Virus record (IMG/VR): IMGVR_UViG_3300013094_000021
Origin: a virus
Taxonomy: Duplodnaviria > Heunggongvirae > Uroviricota > Caudoviricetes
DNA length: 51,719 nucleotides
Reading direction: 5' to 3' (one strand)
A model generated the notes under the pieces. It had not been told where the DNA came from and did no database searches. It was given only the letters and a program-made list of their open reading frames with translations. Below, piece by piece: positions 38,516-46,020 of this stretch; the first letter of the stretch is position 1; every line of letters starts with the position of its first letter. A program made the position numbers and the translations under genes.

Positions 38516-38629
38516 TTTTATACTAAAGTTTATCATCATAACGGCATGGTAAAAAGAGCGTTGCAACGCCAACCTTTATCAGAGTCTTTGATAATTGACA
38601 AAGGAAGCCGTCTTTAGTATATTTATTTT

Positions 38630-38806
38630 ATGAATATTCACGCCCCACCAAAACACATACAAGATTTCTTTAAATGTGTTACTTTTCGCGGTAGGCGTTT
38701 TGTTAGAAATGGCAAAACATATATTCGCGCCAAGCATAATGTTTTTCATATAACTATGTATTATTGCTTCGATGATAATTTCATTTATTTTTATGGTGAT
38801 ATCTGA
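38630..38806 (+). CDS. small hypothetical protein (58 aa, not in ORF track)
   Basis: MNIHAPPKHIQDFFKC..., downstream of TTGACA-N17-TATATT. Confidence 0.5.
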   Translation: MNIHAPPKHIQDFFKCVTFRGRRFVRNGKTYIRAKHNVFHITMYYCFDDNFIYFYGDI

Positions 38807-38832
38807 AAAATCATATAAAATACAAAAAAGAA

Positions 38833-38861
38833 TTGACATAAACATTTGATACCTTTATAAT
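38833..38861 (+). promoter_or_regulatory. sigma70-type promoter
   Basis: TTGACA-N17-TATAAT. Confidence 0.8.
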
Positions 38862-38868
38862 ATATCCA

Positions 38869-39114
38869 ATGAATATTGATAGCCTTAAGATTTTTTTGTC
38901 GTTTGCTTGGATTTCTTTAATGATTTTACTTTGTCTATACCTAACTCTTTGGGAGGAAATAAAATACTGGCTAAAAAACAAAGAAGACTTTAAATATATT
39001 TTTATTGATGTGCTTTCTCATATAGTTTTCTATGGTATTGTAATTATACTCGGTCTTTTAACATTTTTAAGTGTTAATAAAATTTTCGATTTTTTTCTTG
39101 GAAGAGGTATTTAG
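38869..39114 (+). CDS. small 2-TM membrane protein
   Basis: Two hydrophobic stretches. Confidence 0.6.
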   Translation: MNIDSLKIFLSFAWISLMILLCLYLTLWEEIKYWLKNKEDFKYIFIDVLSHIVFYGIVIILGLLTFLSVNKIFDFFLGRGI

Positions 39115-39115
39115 A

Positions 39116-39194
39116 GTCTCTTTAATGGCCGCGCCTACGAAGCGATTGGTGCATAATTGAATTTATGTAGGTTTGAGTCCTACAAGAGACACCA
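39116..39194 (+). pseudogene. tRNA-like gene with degenerate D and anticodon arms
   Basis: GTCTCTT/AAGAGAC-ACCA acceptor and intact T-arm; anticodon ambiguous (TGC or CAT). Confidence 0.6.
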
Positions 39195-39203
39195 TTTTTT
39201 GTC

Positions 39204-39296
39204 GGGGGTAAGATGTAAGGTTGCATGGGGAGATTTATAATCTCTATAATCGCTAGATTGGCGTTCTGGGCCGTTCAATTCGGCATACCCCTACCA
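39204..39296 (+). tRNA. tRNA with TAT (Ile) anticodon and ~23-nt variable arm
   Basis: GGGGGTA/TACCCCT-ACCA, GGAGA-TTTATAA-TCTCT, V-arm hairpin CGCTA-GAT-TGGCG. Confidence 0.8.
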
Positions 39297-39305
39297 TTTA
39301 TAATC

Positions 39306-39390
39306 CGGTCTATGGCGGAATCGGCAGACGCACTCCACTCAAAATGGAGCGGGTAAAACCGTGCGATTTCAAGACTCGCTAGACCGACCA
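39306..39390 (+). tRNA. tRNA-Leu(CAA)
   Basis: CTCCA-CTCAAAA-TGGAG, variable arm, A73. Confidence 0.9.
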
Positions 39391-39397
39391 ATTTTAT

Positions 39398-39486
39398 TGC
39401 TCTATGGTGGAATTGCTAGACACCCTCGATTTAAAACCGAGTGCGAATAAAGTAGCGTGTCGGTTGGAACCCGACTAGAGCAACCA
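39398..39486 (+). tRNA. tRNA-Leu(TAA)
   Basis: Loop TT-TAA-AA, variable arm, A73. Confidence 0.88.
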
Positions 39487-39503
39487 GCTTTATAATTTTT
39501 AAT

Positions 39504-39588
39504 GGCGGTGTGGCGAAATTGCTAGACGCGCTCGATTTAGGGTCGAGTGGGGAAACCCGTGGGGATTGAACTTCCTCTACCGCTACCA
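39504..39588 (+). tRNA. tRNA-Leu(TAG)
   Basis: CTCGA-TTTAGGG-TCGAG, variable arm. Confidence 0.9.
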
Positions 39589-39689
39589 TTTAACCTGCAA
39601 CAAGGAGTTGGCCGCAACTCGACTGAGATTTCTCGGTTAAAGTAGGTGCAACTATGGCGGCTCCGCCAAATTATTTTAATTTATTTTAT

Positions 39690-39780
39690 GGTTACGAGGC
39701 CGAAGTTGTCGAGGCGTCACACTGTCACTGTGAATAGGAGCAATCCATTCTAGCGGGTTCATGTCCCGTCGTAACCGCCA
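39690..39780 (+). tRNA. tRNA-Asp(GTC) with 19-nt variable arm
   Basis: TCACA-CTGTCAC-TGTGA, V-arm GGA-GCAA-TCC, G73. Confidence 0.85.
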
Positions 39781-39879
39781 CTTTTTTAAAGGTTATGATG
39801 ATTTTTGTTCGAGGCTGGAGTGGCAAGCCGAAAGAGCAGAAAAAGCTCATAAAAATATTAAATCAACGATAGATTCAAT

Positions 39880-40077
39880 ATGAAAATCAAAAATATAAAA
39901 TTAAAATCCGTCATTTTAGAAATAGAAGGTAAGGAAGTAAGGTATGACAATTTTGGAATATTCGGATGGGAATCCAACCAGAACTCATTACTGCAATGTA
40001 GAGGCGTTGACCTAACGGTTAGAGTTGGCAAAAAGGATATAACAATTCCCCTAGAAAGTTCTTATGGAGAAAATTAA
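39880..40077 (+). CDS. hypothetical protein
   Basis: ORF track; between tRNAs. Confidence 0.6.
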   Translation: MKIKNIKLKSVILEIEGKEVRYDNFGIFGWESNQNSLLQCRGVDLTVRVGKKDITIPLESSYGEN

Positions 40078-40089
40078 AGATTTATAAAT

Positions 40090-40164
40090 AGAGCGTTGGT
40101 CGAGCGATTAGGCATCGGTCTGCAAAACCGAATTAGATTGGTTTGACTCCAATACGTTCTTCCA
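40090..40164 (+). tRNA. tRNA-Cys(GCA)
   Basis: TCGGT-CTGCAAA-ACCGA, U73. Confidence 0.88.
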
Positions 40165-40172
40165 TTTTTTTC

Positions 40173-40201
40173 TTGACCAATCAAGAAAAAAGATTTATAA
40201 T
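40173..40201 (+). promoter_or_regulatory. sigma70-type promoter
   Basis: TTGACC-N17-TATAAT. Confidence 0.7.
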
Positions 40202-40208
40202 ATCCAAT

Positions 40209-40433
40209 ATGAATAAACTATACCTAGTTGGCTATATTCCAGATATCCTCAACAAAGAAAAAGAATGGGAATTTGTTGGTGTCTTTACCGATATAAAAAA
40301 AGCAAGGAGAGCGGCGAAACTACCTTCTTGTTTTATAGGCGTAGTTAAAATAGACAAAGACTTTGGAATGAAATCGGAGGCGTGGCCGGAAGGCGAATAT
40401 GAATGGCCCAATATTAAGAAGATTTTAAAATAG
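40209..40433 (+). CDS. hypothetical protein
   Basis: ATG 40209 after promoter; track start lies inside tRNA-Cys. Confidence 0.6.
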   Translation: MNKLYLVGYIPDILNKEKEWEFVGVFTDIKKARRAAKLPSCFIGVVKIDKDFGMKSEAWPEGEYEWPNIKKILK

Positions 40434-40452
40434 TTTTGTGAAGTCCTATATC

Positions 40453-40528
40453 GCCGCGATGGGTGACTGATGAAACCGTCCGACTGCAAATCGGAATTTG
40501 AAAAGTTTGATTCTTTTGCGCGGCTCCA
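40453..40528 (+). tRNA. tRNA-Cys(GCA), second copy
   Basis: TCCGA-CTGCAAA-TCGGA, U73. Confidence 0.82.
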
Positions 40529-40602
40529 TTTTAAAAATCTCTTTACAAAAAGAAAAAACCATGCTATTATTAAAGTGTAACAATTTACAATAAAAAATAA
40601 CT

Positions 40603-40818
40603 ATGTCAGCTAAATATAAAAATGGCTCCTCCGTCTCAATTAATGATTTAATCCTTTTCCAAACCGTAGATGATACGGTTTCGGTAGGAACGCTCATTTC
40701 TGACAATGGCGATGGAACTGGAACGGCTCAAATTACCGACGCTAACGGAAATGTCCACAGCGAAGGTGTGATTTTTGACCTATCTTATAAGGTGGGCGAC
40801 TTGTTTCCAGATTTGTGA
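40603..40818 (+). CDS. hypothetical protein
   Basis: ORF track; preceded by a GTGTAA motif. Confidence 0.6.
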   Translation: MSAKYKNGSSVSINDLILFQTVDDTVSVGTLISDNGDGTGTAQITDANGNVHSEGVIFDLSYKVGDLFPDL

Positions 40819-40826
40819 ATTTTAAT

Positions 40827-40904
40827 CGGGGTATCGCCTAACTTGGTATGGCAGCACGTTTGGGGCGTGACATAATTTCAGTTCAAATCTGAATATCCCG
40901 ACCA
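40827..40904 (+). tRNA. tRNA-Pro(TGG)
   Basis: CGGGGTA/TATCCCG acceptor, loop TT-TGG-GG. Confidence 0.88.
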
Positions 40905-41015
40905 TTTGCCAGTTTAATTTAAACTGGATGTGGTGTGCCGATGATAGTCAAGTGGTTTGCCACGAAAACTACCTGCACCAGTTTTAGCACTTTCTATAAA
41001 AAGTGCAATTTAATT

Positions 41016-41101
41016 TGCGGAATGCGAGAAGTCCGGTATCTCAGGAGGCCCATAACCTCCCGCCTAGTGCCTCGTGGGTTCAAATCCCACTTCCGCTACC
41101 A
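41016..41101 (+). tRNA. tRNA-Met(CAT), initiator-like, with 13-nt variable region
   Basis: T1:T72 mismatch, GAGA/TCTC D-stem, GGAGG-CCCATAA-CCTCC. Confidence 0.8.
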
Positions 41102-41107
41102 TTTAAT

Positions 41108-41182
41108 GCGCTTGTAATTCAGAGGCAGAATGTCGCTCTTCCAAAGCGAACGTCGGGATTTCAAAATTCCCCAAGCGCTCCA
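41108..41182 (+). tRNA. tRNA-Gly(TCC)
   Basis: TCGCT-CTTCCAA-AGCGA, U73. Confidence 0.9.
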
Positions 41183-41284
41183 TTTTTGCAACTCAGGTCA
41201 TATTGCGAAGAAAATACGGCGGTATTTTACTCCTATTTTTCCGACCTGAAATGTATTGAACACTTGCAACATTTTAATTCTAAT

Positions 41285-41373
41285 TGGGGTGTGGCGGAAT
41301 TGATAGACGCAGAAGTTTGTTAAACTTCCGAGAGAAATCTCACCTACAGGTTTAATCCCTGTTGCCCCAGCCA
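41285..41373 (+). tRNA. tRNA with GTT (Asn) anticodon on a Leu-type class II body
   Basis: GAAGT-TTGTTAA-ACTTC, 17-nt V-arm with GAGA-GAAA-TCTC, G73. Confidence 0.85.
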
Positions 41374-41448
41374 TTTATGAAAAAATATTCAAAGATACCA
41401 AACTCATATCCAAACGAAGTTTCTTGATGAATTTAAGATAGTATTAAT

Positions 41449-41536
41449 GCGTTCGTAGGTAAGTGGCCGAAACCAACGGGCCTTTAACCCGTAGTCTAAA
41501 AGACCATCGTGAGTTCGACTCTCACCGGACGCACCA
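41449..41536 (+). tRNA. tRNA-Lys(TTT) with 16-nt variable arm
   Basis: ACGGG-CCTTTAA-CCCGT, V-arm GTCT-AAA-AGAC, A73. Confidence 0.85.
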
Positions 41537-41551
41537 TATAAAATCACTAAC

Positions 41552-41626
41552 GGCCCTATCGAATATAAATTAATTCGCTACTTTCTCAAAGTAGAAAAGG
41601 CGGAGGATAACCGGCTAGGGCTACCA
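41552..41626 (+). tRNA. tRNA-Glu(CTC), atypical D and T loops
   Basis: CTACT-TTCTCAA-AGTAG; T-loop AGGATAA. Confidence 0.6.
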
Positions 41627-41634
41627 ATTTTAAT

Positions 41635-41708
41635 GGGGCGATAATTTAATGGTAAAATAGAATCTTGATAAGATTCCTTTCTCAGTCCGATTCGGAGTCG
41701 CCCTACCA
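41635..41708 (+). tRNA. tRNA-Ile(GAT)
   Basis: GAATC-TTGATAA-GATTC, A73. Confidence 0.82.
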
Positions 41709-41717
41709 TTTTTTTTG

Positions 41718-41746
41718 TTGACTTTTATCTATAAAGAAGTTATACT
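41718..41746 (+). promoter_or_regulatory. sigma70-type promoter
   Basis: TTGACT-N17-TATACT. Confidence 0.7.
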
Positions 41747-41786
41747 TTAAATATTATTCGATTCATATTAAAAAATAAAATAAATT

Positions 41787-42023
41787 ATGTCCGACAATTT
41801 AAGTTTTAAAAATCTATGGAGAAACTTTTCAGATATTGATTTGAAAACTAAGGGGTTCTATTTTTCTAGACCAAAAAACAATCCAACCGCTAATTATATA
41901 CAAAGTCTTATAATACTAAACGAATCTCATTTGACTGGCCGGATTACCATAAACGGCTGCTCATACCAGTATAATAAAAATTGGTCTGAATTAATCGAAA
42001 TTGTCGGGCCGATAGATTTGTAA
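41787..42023 (+). CDS. hypothetical protein
   Basis: ORF track; downstream of promoter. Confidence 0.6.
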   Translation: MSDNLSFKNLWRNFSDIDLKTKGFYFSRPKNNPTANYIQSLIILNESHLTGRITINGCSYQYNKNWSELIEIVGPIDL

Positions 42024-42158
42024 TTAAAATGAAACACATTGAACCAAACCAGCGCGCATATTTTTTAGCGATGGAAGTTTCATTGCTTTTTGAATCGCTC
42101 GGCTTCGACTCAAGTATATTTCTTTTTTGGATGGTTGGAAATTTAAATAAATAAAACT

Positions 42159-42575
42159 ATGAAACAAGAATCAATCCATAGAAATCTCGTTAAATTTAGA
42201 GTCTGGGATGGAATTATGTTTATGGAGCCAAACATTGCAAATCCTTTTAATTTTATAGAGGATGGCAATAAATACGAGATTTATGTTGCTGGCGACAGAG
42301 TAATACAGCAATACACTGGACTGAAAGACAAGTATGGAAAAGAAATTTACGAGGGCGACCTGATAAATTTCACCATACAAGGCTTCGCGCACGAAGCTTA
42401 TCCAGAAGATATAAAATCTGCCGAAGTTTGGTATAATCCAAAGGACGCCTGTTTTTGTTTTGGCCGATACAAAACTAATGATTTTATTGATTATTATTTT
42501 TCAATGGCAGACAGGATAGATTTAAAAACTATGGAAATTGTTGGTAATATTTTTGAAAAAAATGAAAAAATTTAA
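42159..42575 (+). CDS. YopX-like protein
   Basis: KFRVWD, QYTGLKDKYGKEIYEGD and EIVGNIFE. Confidence 0.85.
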   Translation: MKQESIHRNLVKFRVWDGIMFMEPNIANPFNFIEDGNKYEIYVAGDRVIQQYTGLKDKYGKEIYEGDLINFTIQGFAHEAYPEDIKSAEVWYNPKDACFCFGRYKTNDFIDYYFSMADRIDLKTMEIVGNIFEKNEKI

Positions 42576-42687
42576 AACTAGCAAACCAGTGAGATTGAGC
42601 CATTCCTTTATTAAAAAAGCTCAAAAAATTCACTCTGATGTAATTAAAGAATCAAAAACTTGGAATAAAGAAAAGTGAAAATTTAAT

Positions 42688-42763
42688 GGCCGCGTCGTCT
42701 AACGCCTAGGACTCTTCGTTTTCAGCGAAGTATATGCGGGTTGAAATCCCGTCGCGGCTTCCA
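42688..42763 (+). tRNA. tRNA-Glu(TTC)
   Basis: CTTCG-TTTTCAG-CGAAG. Confidence 0.88.
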
Positions 42764-42771
42764 ATTTTAAT

Positions 42772-44117
42772 GTCAACAACATCTAGTCTAAAGCCATAGA
42801 TGCTTGTAAGCTACCGAAGCCTACGATTGGCGAGTTGACTTTCGCCTGCCACGCATAATAATCGCTTATTGAGCATGGGAGTTTGGAACGTAGAGCAATG
42901 TTACACGCAGCGTTACAATCCGCATGGAGTATTTGCCCGTCTTTTCCGATATACCTACCGCCGATACGCTTTCCATCTAATTTGCCTGTGCGATGGTCAA
43001 TTTGACTCGTATATGCGGGACTAACCGTTATCACCTGTTTATTATTCAGGAGTGCCTTATAGGTAAGAATCCGTCTAAGTTCAAACATTGGAACTTGACT
43101 AATCCTATTTTTATTTTGATACTTATGTTTTTTAACCTTAATAGATTTAAGATTCTCCAATACAATCGTATCAGCCCTTGTATCGGAAATTATTTTATTA
43201 GCTAAATGGTGACTAAAATTCTTGTTTTTATTCGATTCTTTGCGTTTGAGTTTTTTTAGTTGACGTTTTGCTGATTTAGAGTCTTTGGATTTTGACTGTA
43301 ATTTACGCTTATTAAACCTTAATTTTCTCTTTTCACCATTAAACTTCTTATCTATGTATAGATTACCTTCACTGGTAGCGGCATTAACGCGGCAACCCAA
43401 ATCAATTCCTAACGCAAGTTTCTTTTGCGATAAAACCTCTGGAATATCAAAAGTTAAACATATCCAAACTTCTCCATCTTTTTCAAACAAAAGCGGGTCA
43501 CAAAAACGATATTTGCTAATTAACTCTTGTAATTTAGGGTAAATATAAGGGGAACATTTGACTCGTTTTTCTAAACTTATGATACTGAAAATACCATTTT
43601 TATACGAATACGTTCTTTTGTCTAAACGGATTGAAAGTTTCTTCTTTTCGGGCGGTTTATCTAATTTTTGCTTATTGGATTTAATACTCCGATATGCTGA
43701 CAAAACAGATTGTTCTGCACTTATCACTACCTGACTTGGAATTTCAGGTTGACAACTCCTAAACTTAGTATAAAATTGTCCATGCAACAAAACGATAGAA
43801 TTTTTGGGAATATTAAACTTAACTTTGGAACATTCATTCCAAGCGAAACGCTGGCTTTCGAGCATACTGACAATCTTATTCTTGTCAGAATCGCTCTGGA
43901 AAACCAATCTCGTATTATATGTTAATTTACTCACTACAATATATTATACACGGAAAAAGACGAAATATCCAATTTATTTTCATATACTGAAAGATTTTCT
44001 TGACTTTTGAGTAAAAATAGTGTAAATTAATAAAGATAATTATGCTAAACTCACGCAAATATTTTTTCTCATATCCTAGCCTAAAGGCATAGGATTTTCC
44101 GAAAAAAGAGACATTTT
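42772..44117 (-). mobile_element. non-autonomous IS200/IS605-family element (TnpB only)
   Basis: On the minus strand: TTCAT | left end with GAAA guide and ATCCTATGCC-TTTA-GGCTAGGAT hairpin; right end CAAG plus hairpin ending TTGAC; both guide/cleavage tetranucleotide pairs fit the IS608 pairing rule. Confidence 0.75.
42783..43934 (-). CDS. tnpB: TnpB RNA-guided endonuclease
   Basis: RuvC I GIDLG, II VLENL, III HADCNAA.NI; Zn-finger cysteines absent (TSQIDHRTG). Confidence 0.92.
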   Translation of the reverse strand: MSKLTYNTRLVFQSDSDKNKIVSMLESQRFAWNECSKVKFNIPKNSIVLLHGQFYTKFRSCQPEIPSQVVISAEQSVLSAYRSIKSNKQKLDKPPEKKKLSIRLDKRTYSYKNGIFSIISLEKRVKCSPYIYPKLQELISKYRFCDPLLFEKDGEVWICLTFDIPEVLSQKKLALGIDLGCRVNAATSEGNLYIDKKFNGEKRKLRFNKRKLQSKSKDSKSAKRQLKKLKRKESNKNKNFSHHLANKIISDTRADTIVLENLKSIKVKKHKYQNKNRISQVPMFELRRILTYKALLNNKQVITVSPAYTSQIDHRTGKLDGKRIGGRYIGKDGQILHADCNAACNIALRSKLPCSISDYYAWQAKVNSPIVGFGSLQASMALD

Positions 44118-44129
44118 ATGAATTTTAAT

Positions 44130-44204
44130 CCGCTAGTAACTCAGTATGTAGAGTGCCTCCCTGAAAAGGAGGAAGCCGTCATTTCGCCATGACCTAGCGG
44201 GCCA
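44130..44204 (+). tRNA. tRNA-Phe(GAA)
   Basis: CCTCC-CTGAAAA-GGAGG; unusual G73. Confidence 0.82.
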
Positions 44205-44209
44205 CTTTT

Positions 44210-44464
44210 ATGAGAATTGATAAAATTATAAATTGGGATTTTGAAAAAGTTCACGCCGAACTAAAGTCTAATAACAAAAAATTTGGACTTGTTTGTTTTC
44301 GTGGGTTTGAATGGGGCGGCTCTCCGTCAACACTCTTTATTTTCGACTCCATGAATGAAGTAAGAGAAAAAATACTAGAGCAAACAAACGGAAAATATGA
44401 ATACTTTGGAATAGTTGATGATGATTTTCATAGTATGAGCTTTAATATATACAAAAGACACTAA
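44210..44464 (+). CDS. hypothetical protein
   Basis: ORF track; between tRNAs. Confidence 0.6.
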   Translation: MRIDKIINWDFEKVHAELKSNNKKFGLVCFRGFEWGGSPSTLFIFDSMNEVREKILEQTNGKYEYFGIVDDDFHSMSFNIYKRH

Positions 44465-44469
44465 TTAAT

Positions 44470-44544
44470 AGAAGCGCAGCACGAAGGCCGTGCAACTCGT
44501 TTACACCGAGAAGGCTAGGGTTTCAAAATCCCTCGCTTCTACCA
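44470..44544 (+). tRNA. tRNA-Val(TAC)
   Basis: AGAAGCG/CGCTTCT acceptor, loop TT-TAC-AC. Confidence 0.85.
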
Positions 44545-44629
44545 TTTTGTAGGTTAAAAAATCAACGCCCTCACTATTTTACTTGACATAAAGCTCGAAA
44601 CCATTTATCATAAAATAGTATAAATTCTA

Positions 44630-44863
44630 ATGAAAATCTCGTGCGTCCAATGCCCACACTGTTTCGACTTGATTTATTCAAGAGCTAGGCACGATTTCCG
44701 CTATTGCACTTGCGGCAAGTGCGCCGTAGATGGCGGGCGCGATTATACAAAAGTTGTCGGTGACGGAAGTATTTTAGAAATAAATATTTTAGCATCCGAA
44801 AAAGTCCTTTATAACGACTGGAACAAACAAATTAACAAGTTTGGTTTAATTAAAACTAATTAA
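44630..44863 (+). CDS. small Zn-ribbon protein
   Basis: CPHC...S..RHDF..CTCG...VDGG. Confidence 0.7.
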   Translation: MKISCVQCPHCFDLIYSRARHDFRYCTCGKCAVDGGRDYTKVVGDGSILEINILASEKVLYNDWNKQINKFGLIKTN

Positions 44864-44870
44864 TCGTATT

Positions 44871-44944
44871 GGATGTATAGTATAATGATATTACAATCCT
44901 TTCATACGGGAAAGACTATGGTTTGATTCCATATATAGCCACGA
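44871..44944 (+). tRNA. tRNA-Met/Ile2(CAT), degenerate, ends ACGA instead of ACCA
   Basis: Loop TT-CAT-AC, T-arm TATGG-TTTGATT-CCATA. Confidence 0.6.
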
Positions 44945-44953
44945 ATTTTAAAA

Positions 44954-45220
44954 ATGAAAATATTTAGCATAGTAACTCCAAAATCATACGAGGATATAGA
45001 AAATTTAAAAATTCCGACATTTTTAAAAAACAAAAACCATGAAGTATTTTCTTATCCAGATGGAGACTTAAAAAAAGGCGAGCATTATTTAGTTACCGAC
45101 GTTGAATTTAATAAGGCGGCAAACTCTCTCGCCATTAAGATTAAAGGATGCAGGGTAATAATTAAAGCCACCGGAAAGGAAGGTTTTTGGACTGCTGAAT
45201 GTTTTAAATGTATTGAATAA
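44954..45220 (+). CDS. hypothetical protein
   Basis: ORF track. Confidence 0.6.
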   Translation: MKIFSIVTPKSYEDIENLKIPTFLKNKNHEVFSYPDGDLKKGEHYLVTDVEFNKAANSLAIKIKGCRVIIKATGKEGFWTAECFKCIE

Positions 45221-45672
45221 ATGATTAATAAAATTTAACTTACCAAATTGACGATTAAACAATAAAAATCCATGAACAAGAAAAACTTCAATAGAAACAT
45301 CCATATTTTCGATAAAGTTCTTTGCGTTGACGATGAATTTAATTCCATAGCGTCCTTCCAAAATTAGGTAAAGTATATACAGTTCGAGGGATTTATTATC
45401 ATGCTCAAACCGATAAAATTGGGATTCATCTTCAAGAAATCGAAGGCGCTTTTAACTTAAAAATTGGCACGGAGCAGGGTTTTAACATTGACAGATTCCA
45501 AAGAGTGCATTAATATATAAATATTATGTATATACCTATAATTTATTTAATTTCTTTTTTATTATCAATTCCATTTTCATTATATATTCCTTTTATTTTT
45601 TGTAATTATTTTTCAAAAGCGCCAAGCACACGAATGCTTGAACACTGCTATTGCCAAAATAGATAATTTAAT

Positions 45673-45747
45673 GGGTTCGTAGCTTAATGATAAAGCACTA
45701 TTTTTGTAAAATAGTTGATGTCGGTTGAAATCCGACCGTTCCCTCCA
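45673..45747 (+). tRNA. tRNA-Thr(TGT)
   Basis: CTATT-TTTGTAA-AATAG; two T:T mismatches in the acceptor stem. Confidence 0.75.
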
Positions 45748-45756
45748 TTTTTTAAC

Positions 45757-45830
45757 TGACGCCTAGTGTAATGGTAGCACAGGAACCTTTGGAGTTCTTA
45801 GAAATGGTTTAATTCCATTGGCGTCAACCA
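45757..45830 (+). tRNA. tRNA-Gln(TTG)
   Basis: TGACGCC/GGCGTCA acceptor, loop CT-TTG-GA. Confidence 0.88.
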
Positions 45831-46020
45831 ATTTTAAAATGAAAAAACACCAAGTAATAATGAACATAACCGTTGGCGGAATAGTGTCGGTTTACGCCAA
45901 AGATAAAAAAGCCGCCGAAAATAGAGCCAGAGAAAAACTACAGGAAATCGGCGAAGCGGCCTTTTGCGACGTTGGGCATCGAGATATTATGTTTTGCGGT
46001 TTTTTAGAAAATAAGAAAAA

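Noticed and set aside
38579-38845. Minus-strand 88-aa ORF
   Set aside because: A plus-strand 58-aa ORF (38630-38806) with its own promoter fits the orientation of the region better.
39640-39655. AGGTGCAA resembling a pistol ribozyme 3' end
   Set aside because: P1, the pseudoknot and the TTGC partner are absent.
40465-40510. CTGATGA...GAAA hammerhead-like words
   Set aside because: They lie in the D-loop and V/T region of tRNA-Cys, with no hammerhead stems.
40905-41006. tRNA-like remnant GGTGTG...GCACCA and adjacent hairpins
   Set aside because: No recognisable T-arm or anticodon arm; too weak to call.
37591-41323. Track ORFs at 37591-, 37864-, 37946-, 37961+, 38288+, 40446-, 40935+ and 41003+
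   Set aside because: They overlap well-formed tRNA genes.
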